From positions 25,466-89,465 of the forward strand of contig CAZKED010000002.1 of assembly GCA_964551725.1 (NCBI GenBank): DNA of 64,000 bases. The letters run 5' to 3'. How positions within the stretch are numbered: the first letter of the stretch is position 1; each line of letters opens with the position of its first letter. Under the pieces are notes generated by a model that ran no database searches, was not told where the DNA came from, and saw only the letters and a program-made list of their open reading frames with translations. Origin of the DNA: an uncultured archaeon. GTDB lineage: Archaea; Iainarchaeota; Iainarchaeia; Iainarchaeales; DTGL01. Shown here piece by piece: positions 18,566 to 27,112 of the stretch. The position numbers and the translations under genes are program-made.

Positions 18566-19330
18566 TTATTTCTTTTCCTCTTTTCCTTCTTCCTTTTTCT
18601 CCTCCCTTGCTTCTTTGCCTCCTTCTTTCTTTTCCTCTTTGCCTTCCTCTTTCTTTTCGGCTTTTTCCTCCGGCTTCTTTGCCTTTCCTTCTTCCTCTTC
18701 TTCTTCCGCTTTCTTTTCCTCTTCCTCTGCCTTCTCTTCTTCTTCGGCTTTCTTTTCAGCCATTTCAATTTTTACTGCGCGTGGTCTTGTTCCAATGGAT
18801 TCAACGTCAGTGTGCACGTTCACTTTTATTTTAAACGGCAGTTTTGCTCTCGCTCTTGCCAGTGCTTCCCCCGCGGTCTCGATGTGCTCTTCGTCCACCA
18901 GCACGCTCAGTATTACCTGTCCTTTTCGCACCCTTGCCGCTCTTCCAATGGCTTTCCCGAAAGAGTGGCTCATTCCCTGCGAAACCCTGTCGGCGCCGGC
19001 GCCCTGCGCCTGCTTGTTCTCCCTCAACACCTGGTAGGGGAAAATGCGTATGCGCATGAAATAACCCTCCTTTCCCAGGTGGTTTTGCAAGTACCGGTTG
19101 ACCAGCATCCTCGTCGCTTCTATTGCGTTGTCCCTCACCTGCACTTTTTCCTCGCAGACAAGGTCAACAATATGCGAGAATTCCCTCGCCGGATTGCCCA
19201 TGTTGAACTGCCGTATGCGCAGTGCGGGATTCGCACCCACGTAATTCTTCCTGTGCTTTGTTATGGCGATGCGTGTAAAAGCACGGTCCTTCTCGGAATC
19301 CCTGTAGCATTTCGCGGGTCTCAACCCCAT
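18566..19330 (-). CDS. rpl10e: 50S ribosomal protein L10e (uL16) with ~85-aa Glu/Lys-rich C-terminal tail
   Basis: MGLRPAKCYR N-terminus and L10e core; tail AEKKAEEEEKAEEEEKK... Confidence 0.8.
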   Translation of the reverse strand: MGLRPAKCYRDSEKDRAFTRIAITKHRKNYVGANPALRIRQFNMGNPAREFSHIVDLVCEEKVQVRDNAIEATRMLVNRYLQNHLGKEGYFMRIRIFPYQVLRENKQAQGAGADRVSQGMSHSFGKAIGRAARVRKGQVILSVLVDEEHIETAGEALARARAKLPFKIKVNVHTDVESIGTRPRAVKIEMAEKKAEEEEKAEEEEKKAEEEEEEGKAKKPEEKAEKKEEGKEEKKEGGKEAREEKKEEGKEEKK

Positions 19331-19502
19331 AAAAAACACCTTAATCGCAATATTAAGCGAAATTACGCCTGTTAGAAAAAGCGCAATATAAGAGATTTCA
19401 CACCATGGATTTAAAAAGGTTATGGAGTCCTTTTGCGGCTTTCCTGGTTCCTTTTATTTTTCCCACTCTTTCTTGACTGCTGCGGAAAACCGAAAGGCAT
19501 TC

Positions 19503-20162
19503 TCAAGCGGGCTTTGCCCTCCGCCTTCTCCGCTTGAAGCCCCGTTTCATTGCCTCAGTTCTTGCAATATGCCCTATGAAGCCGGGGTCATGGCTGGATA
19601 GGCGGAGAATGAATGGATCAGCAAGCAGTGCCTTTCTCCCTTCTCGGGGGACCCATTTGGGAATCCGCTCGGAAACAATTCTCCTTTTTGCCGCCTGGAA
19701 CCTGTCTATCGCCCTGTGAGTGCATTCGGCGTTGCTTTGTCCCACAAGCATTGAGGCTGAAATGAGCTTGGCCGCATCCCCTTTCCTATCAAACCCGTAT
19801 CTGTCCCTTGCAATAGTGAAAGCGGTGTCAATCCTCCCCTGGATACTCTCGGATGTAACGGGTCTCACTCCAGGATTTCTTCCGAGCCTCAGGGCTTCAA
19901 GTGAGAAAACACCTCTGCAGAGCTCCATGCATTTTGCTTCTCTCAGGCCATGTTCCCGGAGAGTGCTTATTTTTTCCCGTACGGCCTCCATTTGCTCTAG
20001 GTTCATCATTTGCATCAGCGCCCTCCAGCCGCGGGAGCCCAATTCGTTGCGGAGTGCAATGCGGAAATCGCCTTCTTTGAACCCAAGGGACAGAAAGAAA
20101 TCCCTCTTTTTATTCCAGTCGCCGATGCCAAGTCCTTCGGCAGTTTCAGCGTCCCTGCGCAT
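19503..20162 (-). CDS. Hypothetical protein, possibly HhH-type DNA glycosylase (AGOG-like); uncertain
   Basis: 219 aa, all-alpha, basic C-terminal tail; weak resemblance (ALIS...G.G.E) to archaeal 8-oxoG glycosylase family; no firm motif. Confidence 0.25.
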   Translation of the reverse strand: MRRDAETAEGLGIGDWNKKRDFFLSLGFKEGDFRIALRNELGSRGWRALMQMMNLEQMEAVREKISTLREHGLREAKCMELCRGVFSLEALRLGRNPGVRPVTSESIQGRIDTAFTIARDRYGFDRKGDAAKLISASMLVGQSNAECTHRAIDRFQAAKRRIVSERIPKWVPREGRKALLADPFILRLSSHDPGFIGHIARTEAMKRGFKRRRRRAKPA

Positions 20163-20224
20163 ATAAAATTTGACCCTCTTAATGTTTTAATAATTTTCTA
20201 TTCCCTTGGAGGGCAAAAATACAA

Positions 20225-20435
20225 AAAGCGGGAGGCGGAAGTCGAATCCGCTTCTCCCGGTTCCTGCCGGCCCTTTCTTTTAGGAAAAGAAAGGGTACGC
20301 TGCCCAAAGAAAAACAAGATTCAGGACAAATGGAATAATTCCGTTTCCCCTGAAACTCCTTTTTTTCCAGTTTTTTTTCTGAAACTCCTTTTTCTTTTGC
20401 AACGTGCTTTTCTTTTTTGGAAAAAGAAAAGCCGG
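20225..20435. repeat. Repeat/hairpin-rich intergenic region: tRNA-like acceptor/T-arm minihelix (20229-20259), 11-bp-stem hairpins (20271-20295; 20407-20431), 15-nt direct repeat ctgaaactccttttt x2 (20350-20364; 20379-20393)
   Basis: Direct inspection of inverted and direct repeats; minihelix GGGAGG-CGGAAGTCGAATCCGC-TTCTCCC-G resembles tRNA top half; on minus strand followed by T-tract. Confidence 0.5.
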
Positions 20436-20509
20436 ACTGCAGCCGGGTGCATGACCGTTCTGCCACTCCCGCTTTTCTCAGGGTTCTAAATATTTGGACT
20501 GGAATTGTT

Positions 20510-21367
20510 TTAATTGTTTTCTAATCCCTCCGTGAAGGAAAACAATTCTGTTGAATAATACCTATTCCATGAATCCGGCAGTATTGTAATTGTGTTTCCC
20601 TTTCCGTATTTCCTTGCAGCGTAATAATTGGCACCGGAGCTTATTCCGGATAGAACGCCTTTTTCCCTGACCAAAAAGCGGGCGCTTTCAATTGCCCTGC
20701 GGCTCGAAACACGAGCAATCCTGTCCGCTGTTCCCGCGGGAACGATTTTTTTGGAATAATCCCGCCTCAGTCCCTCTATTCCCCTGTCCTTTTCCTTTGG
20801 AATCACGCCGATTATTTCCGCCTGCGGGAATTTCTCCCTTATTCTCCGACCGATTCCCGCAAGCGTTCCGCCGGTGCCTGTGCTGGCAACAAACGTGCTG
20901 ATTTTCCCGGGGAACTGTCCGAGTATTTCCCTGCCGGTGCCCAAATAGTGCGCTAAGGGGTTGAGCGGGCTTTCAAACTGGTTCAAGTAATAAAAGCCCT
21001 TTTTTCTGCCCCATTCTTTTGCGAGCGCATCCGCTTCCTCCCGCGTTTCAGTAAGCTCCAGTTCCGCGCCCAGCAGTTCAATCATTTTTTTCCTCTCCGC
21101 GCTCGCGCTCCGTGGCATGAAAATTTTCGCCCTCACCCCAAAAAGCGGAGCCAGGTATGCAAGGGATATTCCTGTGTTGCCGCTTGTCGCTTCCGTTACA
21201 ATTGTTCCCTTTTCCAGTTCGCCGTTCTCCGCGGCTTTCCCGAGCAGGAATTCGACCACTCTGTCCTTAATGCTCCCGCTCGGATTCAAAAATTCCGCTT
21301 TTGCAAACACGCTTCCGCCAAGTTCAAGCAGGGGGGTGTTTCCAACAGGAAGCGCTTCTTCGGTCAT
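20510..21367 (-). CDS. cysK: Cysteine synthase / O-acetylserine (or O-phosphoserine) sulfhydrylase family PLP enzyme
   Basis: PSGSIKDR PLP-lysine motif, TSGNTG, GTGGT glycine loop; 285 aa. Confidence 0.8.
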   Translation of the reverse strand: MTEEALPVGNTPLLELGGSVFAKAEFLNPSGSIKDRVVEFLLGKAAENGELEKGTIVTEATSGNTGISLAYLAPLFGVRAKIFMPRSASAERKKMIELLGAELELTETREEADALAKEWGRKKGFYYLNQFESPLNPLAHYLGTGREILGQFPGKISTFVASTGTGGTLAGIGRRIREKFPQAEIIGVIPKEKDRGIEGLRRDYSKKIVPAGTADRIARVSSRRAIESARFLVREKGVLSGISSGANYYAARKYGKGNTITILPDSWNRYYSTELFSFTEGLENN

Positions 21368-21588
21368 TCCTCAAGACCTCCGGCAAAGTAGAGTTTTTCC
21401 CTCAAATCATTGCAATTCGGCTTTTCTTTTACAGCGCCTGCCTCGAAAAGCCTTGCAAGGTTATAGCGAACAGTTCTTTCGGGCATTCCTGTGAGGGAAA
21501 CAATTCTTTTCTGGGAAAGAGGTCCGTGCAGTTTTATGGCTAAAAAAATCAGTTCAGCTTTTTCCGATAAGGCAAAGTGAATCCCCTT
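21364..21588 (-). CDS. Small winged-helix HTH protein lacking a canonical start codon, translationally coupled (ATGA) to cysteine synthase
   Basis: Stop-to-stop ORF of 74 codons: ...ELIFLAIKLHGPLSQKRIVSLTGMPERTVRYNLARLFEAGAVKEKPNCNDLREKLYFAGGLEE*; its TGA overlaps cysK ATG; no ATG/GTG/TTG in first 35 codons (candidates ATT/ATA/CTG). Confidence 0.45.
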   Translation of the reverse strand, partial: KGIHFALSEKAELIFLAIKLHGPLSQKRIVSLTGMPERTVRYNLARLFEAGAVKEKPNCNDLREKLYFAGGLEE

Positions 21589-21635
21589 TCATTGCCACCA
21601 CATAATTATATTGGTTTCCAATATTTAAATTCCTT

Positions 21636-22538
21636 ATGATAGCGGCAAACGTTCTCCTCCTGAAGCCCTCTCCCTCCATTTTCCTAAAGAGCGAAAGGGT
21701 GAAGCAGTATTTCAATTCAAAGCTCCGTGAAAACATTAAAACCGCGTTGCACAATTCGGGAGAGCGCGGTTTCTCCCTCGAGCAAGGGCGCGGGCGCCTA
21801 TTCCTCCGCTCCGCTGACATTAAAAAAAGCTCGGAAGTGCTGCGCAGGGTATTCGGCCTGCATTCCCTGGCTCCCGCATTCGAATTCAGCGCTGGAACGC
21901 TACAGGAAATAGTGGATAACTCCCTTGGTTTCGCGGAAGGCCGGTTTGAAAACATTAAAACTTTCGCAGTGCGCGCCTCCCGCTCAGGCGAACAAGCATT
22001 CACTTCACAGGAGCTGGAAAGAAAGCTCGGAGCTGAATTGCTCTCGTGGTTCCTTCACTTAAAGGTTGATTTGACCAAACCGGAAAAAACATTTTTCCTC
22101 GAATTGCGGGGAGAAAAAGGATATTGTTATGTAGAAGAAATTCCTTGTTTTGGCGGACTGCCGCAGGGCGTTGAAGGTTTTGTAGGCGTATTCTTTGAGG
22201 GCAAGCCGGAAGAACTCGTTGCGGGCTGGCTTTTAATGAAGCGCGGCTGCAACATTTTTCCCATTGTTCCGCGCACAACAAAAAAAATGGAGAAGCATCT
22301 TTCTGCTTTAGTGCCCTGGAACCGCGGAATGAGGTTTTCGCTTACTCCGCAGGGGAAGCTTTCCGCGCTCGCCGAAGAGCGCGGCTTGTCCGCTCTGGCG
22401 CGAGCCGATACCGCCGTGACAAAAAAGGCTTTCAAGGAATACAGGGCATTTGATTCAAAAATGCCGTTGCCCGTGTTCAGGCCGTTGCTTTTCCACTCCG
22501 CGGAATGGGTGAAAAAAGCCGCAAGCACTATAAAATGA
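21636..22538 (+). CDS. ThiI-like THUMP-domain protein with degenerate PP-loop (SGGxDS replaced by EGKPEE)
   Basis: N-terminal ferredoxin-like + THUMP region aligned to ThiI; at PP-loop position reads VGVFFEGKPEELVAGWLLMKRG (ThiI: LLLLSGGIDSPVAAYLMMKRG). Confidence 0.55.
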   Translation: MIAANVLLLKPSPSIFLKSERVKQYFNSKLRENIKTALHNSGERGFSLEQGRGRLFLRSADIKKSSEVLRRVFGLHSLAPAFEFSAGTLQEIVDNSLGFAEGRFENIKTFAVRASRSGEQAFTSQELERKLGAELLSWFLHLKVDLTKPEKTFFLELRGEKGYCYVEEIPCFGGLPQGVEGFVGVFFEGKPEELVAGWLLMKRGCNIFPIVPRTTKKMEKHLSALVPWNRGMRFSLTPQGKLSALAEERGLSALARADTAVTKKAFKEYRAFDSKMPLPVFRPLLFHSAEWVKKAASTIK

Positions 22539-22565
22539 TTCTGACACAGTTTTTTAGGTGCGCTT

Positions 22566-23816
22566 ATGAGAATTGCTTTCCTTTCAGACTTCCACCTCGG
22601 CTTTTCCAATAAGGACAGGGAGGGCGAAGCATTCGCCCTCGCAAAAGCCGCGCTCTCGCAGGCTCTGAAGGAAAAGCCCGACCTTGTAGTGCTGACCGGC
22701 GATTTATTCAACCGCGATGTGCCAGCACAGGAGGACTTGCTCGGGGCATTCCTGCTCCTTGCGCAGTGCAGGAGGGCAAAGCAGAGCGGGCTGAAAATTT
22801 CCGTGGAAAAAGGTTCGGAAAGAAAACAGGCGGAATTTTCGGGAGTGCCGGTAATTTCAATCCACGGCACGCACGAGTTCCGCGGCAGGGATTTCAGGAA
22901 TGCACTGGAGGTGCTGGATTCCGCGGGCTTTCTCATCTACATTCACGCCGCAAGGGCAATAGTTGAATCTGAAAAGGAGAAGATAGTTTTCCACGGTTTG
23001 GGCGGAGTGCCGGAAAAAAAAGCGAAGGACGCACTGCTGAAATGGGCGCCGCAGCCCGTGAAAGGAGCGAAGAACATTCTCCTCCTCCACCAGTCCTTCA
23101 GGGAATTTCTGCCGTTTGACGACGAAATGGTCGCCTCGCTTTCCATAGGCGATTTGCCCCAGGGCTTTGATTTCACCGTGAACGGTCACCTGCACTCCCA
23201 CGCAGAATTCAGCGAGCAGGAACGCACCCTCATCATTCCCGGTTCGACAATAATAACCCAGCTCAAAAAAGCCGAAGCGGGGATTCCAAAGGGGTTTTTC
23301 ATCCACGATTCTCTCGCGGAAAAAACCCGTTTCGTGGAACTGGAGGAAAAGAGGACTTTTTATTACAAAAAAATAAGGCTTGAGAACGCCTCGCAGGAAA
23401 GCGCGGCGGAAAAAGTGAAAGAGGAACTCGGAGCAATTCTCGGGCGCGCGGAAACGCAGGAAAAAATGAAGCCGCTCGTGAGAATTTCCCTGCAGGGAAC
23501 GCTTGCAAAAGGCTTCAGCGCGGGCGACATCGATTTGGGCGCAGTGCTGGAAAAATTTTCGGAAAAAGCAGTTGTTTCAATTGCCAGTTCCTTCGCCGAG
23601 GAAGACTTCAAAGTGAAGCTGGACGAGCTGAAAAAGCTCCAGTCGGAGAAGAAATCGATTGCGGAAATGGGCCTCGGCATCCTCGAAAAAAACCTTGCTG
23701 AAACGGAATTCGGCGACGCATTTGACGTAAGGAGAATGTTCCGGCTCTTAAGCGAGGGAGAAACTGAAAAAGCAATAGAAATTCTTTCCAAAACCAGCGC
23801 AGAAGAGGCGAAGTAA
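22566..23816 (+). CDS. Mre11/SbcD-family calcineurin-like phosphoesterase (DNA repair nuclease-like)
   Basis: Motifs LSDFHLG, GDLFNRD, HGTHEF, LLHQS, NGHLHSH = Mre11 phosphoesterase motifs I-V; no Rad50 neighbour. Confidence 0.6.
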   Translation: MRIAFLSDFHLGFSNKDREGEAFALAKAALSQALKEKPDLVVLTGDLFNRDVPAQEDLLGAFLLLAQCRRAKQSGLKISVEKGSERKQAEFSGVPVISIHGTHEFRGRDFRNALEVLDSAGFLIYIHAARAIVESEKEKIVFHGLGGVPEKKAKDALLKWAPQPVKGAKNILLLHQSFREFLPFDDEMVASLSIGDLPQGFDFTVNGHLHSHAEFSEQERTLIIPGSTIITQLKKAEAGIPKGFFIHDSLAEKTRFVELEEKRTFYYKKIRLENASQESAAEKVKEELGAILGRAETQEKMKPLVRISLQGTLAKGFSAGDIDLGAVLEKFSEKAVVSIASSFAEEDFKVKLDELKKLQSEKKSIAEMGLGILEKNLAETEFGDAFDVRRMFRLLSEGETEKAIEILSKTSAEEAK

Positions 23817-23952
23817 AAATTCGGCAATCGCCTTATTTTACATAGTTATTTATTTCTTTTGCTTTTCCTAATATTACATTCACTTTTTCCCCTTTAGTGG
23901 ACACTTTAGAGCCCGGAAAAAGGCACGCGAAAGGGGGAACCAAGGGTTTTTT

Positions 23953-25905
23953 ATGAGTGCAGTTAATTGGGTTACCGAAAAGGACGAAAAAGGCTGTTAC
24001 TGGCCGAGCGAGGAAATGAAAAAGAAAGCATTTATGTCCCGCCCCGGCATATATGAGGAGGCTTCAAAGGACCCGGAGCAGTTCTGGGCAAAGATGGCAA
24101 GAGAAGGCCTCCACTGGTTTGAAAACTTCACGACAGCATACGAATGGAATCCGCCGCACTACAAGTGGTTTTTGGGCGGGAAAACCAACGCATGCCACAA
24201 CTGCCTTGACAGGCACGTGGAAGCGGGAAAGGGCAGCCGCACCGCAATGGTCTGGGTTCCGGAGCCAGTCGGAGAGGAAGCGAAAAAGTTCACTTATTCC
24301 GAACTCTTGGAGGAAGTTAAAAAGTTTGCCAACGTTCTCAAAAAACTCGGAGTGAAAAAAGGCGACCGCGTCGGAATTTATCTGCCGATGATTCCGGAAG
24401 TGCAGATAGCAATGCTCGCCTGCGCTCGCATCGGCGCAGTGCACAGCGTTTGCTTTTCCGCTTTCAGCGGCGAATCCCTCAAGTCAAGACTCGTTGACAG
24501 CGAGGCAAAAGTGCTCGTCACAAGCGACGGCTATTACAGGAGAGGAAAGCCCCTCAACCTCAAGGGAAACGCGGACACCGCTGTAAAAGGCACGAGTGTT
24601 GAAAGCGTTGTAGTCGTGAAGAGAGCCGGGCTCGAAGTCGAAATGAAGAAAGACCGCGATTACTGGTTCCACGAGCTCATGGAAGAAGCCAGCACCGACT
24701 GTCCCGCGGAAAAACTTGACTCGGAGCACATGCTCTTCACTCTTTACACCTCCGGCACCACGGGAAAGCCCAAGGGCATTGTGCACGAAACAGGCGGCTA
24801 CATGACCCAAGCCTACTGGTCCTGCAAGTGGACCTTTGATTTGCATGAAGAGGATGTCTTCTGGTGCACCGCTGACATCGGGTGGGTTACGGGTCATACC
24901 TACAACTGTTATGGTCCGCTGGCGGTCGGCACGACAATGCTGTTCTTTGAAGGTGCCCCGGACTACCCGGACAAGGACAGGTGGTGGCAGATAGTGGAAG
25001 ACCACAAGGTAACGGTTTTTTACACTGCGCCCACGGCAATCAGGATGTTCGCTCTCTGGGGCAACCAATACCCTGAAAAGCACGACCTTTCATCCATCAG
25101 ACTGCTCGGCACGGTGGGGGAACCGATTGACGAAGACGCCTGGAACTGGTATTTCGAGAAAATAGGCGGAAAAAGGTGTCCTGTTGTTGACACCTGGTGG
25201 CAGACTGAAACAGGCGCGTTGCTCATTTCCGGGTTGCCCGGCATTGGTCCTTTCATTCCGACAGTTGCAGGCAGGCCTTTCCCAGGTGTTACAGCGGAAA
25301 TCGTGGACACTGAGGGGAACGAAGTAAGGGGGAGCGAAGGCGGCTACCTTATCCTCAAGAGCCCTTTTCCCCCGGCAATGCTGCGCACGATTTACGGGGA
25401 CGACGAAAAGTACGTGCAGACCTATTTCACGGAATACGGGAAAGAAATATACTTCACGGGCGACGGCTCCAGGTGGTTTGACGAGAACAACATACGCGTT
25501 ACAGGCAGGATTGACGACGTAATGAAGGTAGCAGGTCACAGGCTTTCAACCGCAGAGGTAGAGAACGCGATTGCCTCGCACGACAAGGTTTCGGAGTGCG
25601 CTGTTGTCCCGAGACCGCACCAGATAAAGGGCGAGGTTCCGATTGCCTTTGTGGTGCTTAAAGGACACGAGCCCAGCGATGAACTGAGGCAGGAACTCGT
25701 CGGGCACGTGCGCAATGAAATAGGCCCGACAGCAAAGCCCGAGGAAATCTATTTTGTGAGAGATTTGCCTAAAACCAGGAGCGGCAAAATAATGCGCCGC
25801 ATGCTCAAATCCCTTCTCACAGGCCAGCCGCTGGGAGACGCCACAACACTCCAAAACCCGCACACGCTGGACAACCTGAAAGAAGTGACCGGCTACAAGG
25901 GGTGA
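23953..25905 (+). CDS. acs: Acetyl-CoA synthetase (AMP-forming)
   Basis: 650 aa; YTSGTTGKPKG AMP-binding motif, conserved Acs N-terminus (WF...NxCxNCLDRH), C-terminal ...PKTRSGKIMRR. Confidence 0.9.
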   Translation: MSAVNWVTEKDEKGCYWPSEEMKKKAFMSRPGIYEEASKDPEQFWAKMAREGLHWFENFTTAYEWNPPHYKWFLGGKTNACHNCLDRHVEAGKGSRTAMVWVPEPVGEEAKKFTYSELLEEVKKFANVLKKLGVKKGDRVGIYLPMIPEVQIAMLACARIGAVHSVCFSAFSGESLKSRLVDSEAKVLVTSDGYYRRGKPLNLKGNADTAVKGTSVESVVVVKRAGLEVEMKKDRDYWFHELMEEASTDCPAEKLDSEHMLFTLYTSGTTGKPKGIVHETGGYMTQAYWSCKWTFDLHEEDVFWCTADIGWVTGHTYNCYGPLAVGTTMLFFEGAPDYPDKDRWWQIVEDHKVTVFYTAPTAIRMFALWGNQYPEKHDLSSIRLLGTVGEPIDEDAWNWYFEKIGGKRCPVVDTWWQTETGALLISGLPGIGPFIPTVAGRPFPGVTAEIVDTEGNEVRGSEGGYLILKSPFPPAMLRTIYGDDEKYVQTYFTEYGKEIYFTGDGSRWFDENNIRVTGRIDDVMKVAGHRLSTAEVENAIASHDKVSECAVVPRPHQIKGEVPIAFVVLKGHEPSDELRQELVGHVRNEIGPTAKPEEIYFVRDLPKTRSGKIMRRMLKSLLTGQPLGDATTLQNPHTLDNLKEVTGYKG

Positions 25906-25936
25906 GCCCTTGTAGGGTTTTCGTTTTTCGCCCCCT

Positions 25937-27112
25937 TCACGGCAGAAAGTCCTTGTTCTTTATTTTTTTTGGCAAATATTCCTCGGCAACGAATTCCAGC
26001 GATTTGTTCGCGAGCGCCTGCTGCTCTATCCTGACTTTCTGGGAGATTGCGGTCCTGAGTTCTTTCTGCCAGGGCTTGTTTTTGAACCAGTCGTATGCAA
26101 GCATTTCCTTCGCCCTTTTTATGTCGCCTGGTTTCATTTTTTCTGTTACGTTATCCAAGTTGTAGTTTTTGATGTCCTCCAGCGTCATTCCTATATAGCG
26201 CGCTTCAGGGCAGGCAAGGAAAGCGGAGTGCGCTGCCAGCGCCATGGAGCCCTGCTTTACAACGCTGTAAATGTACCAGCCGTAGGGGTCGCCGTCGCAG
26301 AACATGAGCACAGGAAGCTTTTTTTCGGTGTGCAGGCGGTGAATCAGCCTTCGGGTTCCGCGGGCGGCCTGCCCTCCTGTTCCCACCAGAATTGCCTTGT
26401 TTTTTTTGGCAAAATCCTCCTCAATCAAGCGCTCGTACATTGCGCTTGTTTCAATAACGAGCACGTATTTTGCATCCGCCTGCTTTATCTCTATTTCGTT
26501 CGGCTCCATTCTGCTCATAACGCTCCAGCCGCCTCTTCCCAGTTTGAGGCAGTTGAACTTGTCGTTGTGATGCCGCCTGTCAACGAGCGTTATGTCCCCG
26601 TAGAGTGTTCCTTTTGGGTTTGCGTGCACGTTCAATTTTTCCCTGATTGTATCGACAGAGTGCTCCAAGTCGACAATGCAGGCGTCTGATTCGCGCTGGT
26701 CGTCGAAGGTGTTCTCTTTCGTGCCCTTGATGTTGTGCTTTAATTCGTAGTATATTTCCCTGATTGAAGCGGTTTTGTTGTGGTTCAGGTAATCGTGGCA
26801 TTTGCTGGTTACGAGCATTGTCTGGAGGAATTTTTTAGTGTGCGCTATGTTTAAGAAAGACCTCGTTGTTTCCTTGTCCCCTAACTCGATTATTCCCTTG
26901 TCCTCGTCGAATTCAACGTTTCCGCGCCCCCTTTGTTTTGTCACAAACCTCGGGTTTTCTCCTTTTTTTATCTGTTTCACTATTTTTTCGCTCATTTCCC
27001 TGATTCTTTTCGCTATTTCCTTGGGTCCTTCCTTTTCGTGCTTGGGGGATTTTTTTTTCTTTTTTTTCTTCCCGCTTTTAGCGGTTTTTCTGGCTTTCTT
27101 TTTTTTTGCCAT
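25937..27112 (-). CDS. top6A: DNA topoisomerase VI subunit A (Spo11-like), Lys-rich N-terminal tail
   Basis: 5Y-CAP + Toprim: catalytic Tyr region (SIREIYYEL), Toprim E..DGDPYG; start overlaps top6B stop by 1 nt. Confidence 0.85.
   Translation of the reverse strand: MAKKKKARKTAKSGKKKKKKKSPKHEKEGPKEIAKRIREMSEKIVKQIKKGENPRFVTKQRGRGNVEFDEDKGIIELGDKETTRSFLNIAHTKKFLQTMLVTSKCHDYLNHNKTASIREIYYELKHNIKGTKENTFDDQRESDACIVDLEHSVDTIREKLNVHANPKGTLYGDITLVDRRHHNDKFNCLKLGRGGWSVMSRMEPNEIEIKQADAKYVLVIETSAMYERLIEEDFAKKNKAILVGTGGQAARGTRRLIHRLHTEKKLPVLMFCDGDPYGWYIYSVVKQGSMALAAHSAFLACPEARYIGMTLEDIKNYNLDNVTEKMKPGDIKRAKEMLAYDWFKNKPWQKELRTAISQKVRIEQQALANKSLEFVAEEYLPKKIKNKDFLP

Noticed and set aside
18496-18768. 90-aa poly-Lys/Arg ORF on the minus strand, plus neighbouring plus-strand ORFs 18481..19375
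   Set aside because: They are antisense or out-of-frame readings of the GAA/AAG-rich tail of the L10e gene, low-complexity artefacts.
20010-20489. 159-aa plus-strand and 95-aa minus-strand ORFs in the 20.2-20.5 kb intergenic region
   Set aside because: They span the repeat- and hairpin-rich region. Their composition follows the repeats, not coding sequence.
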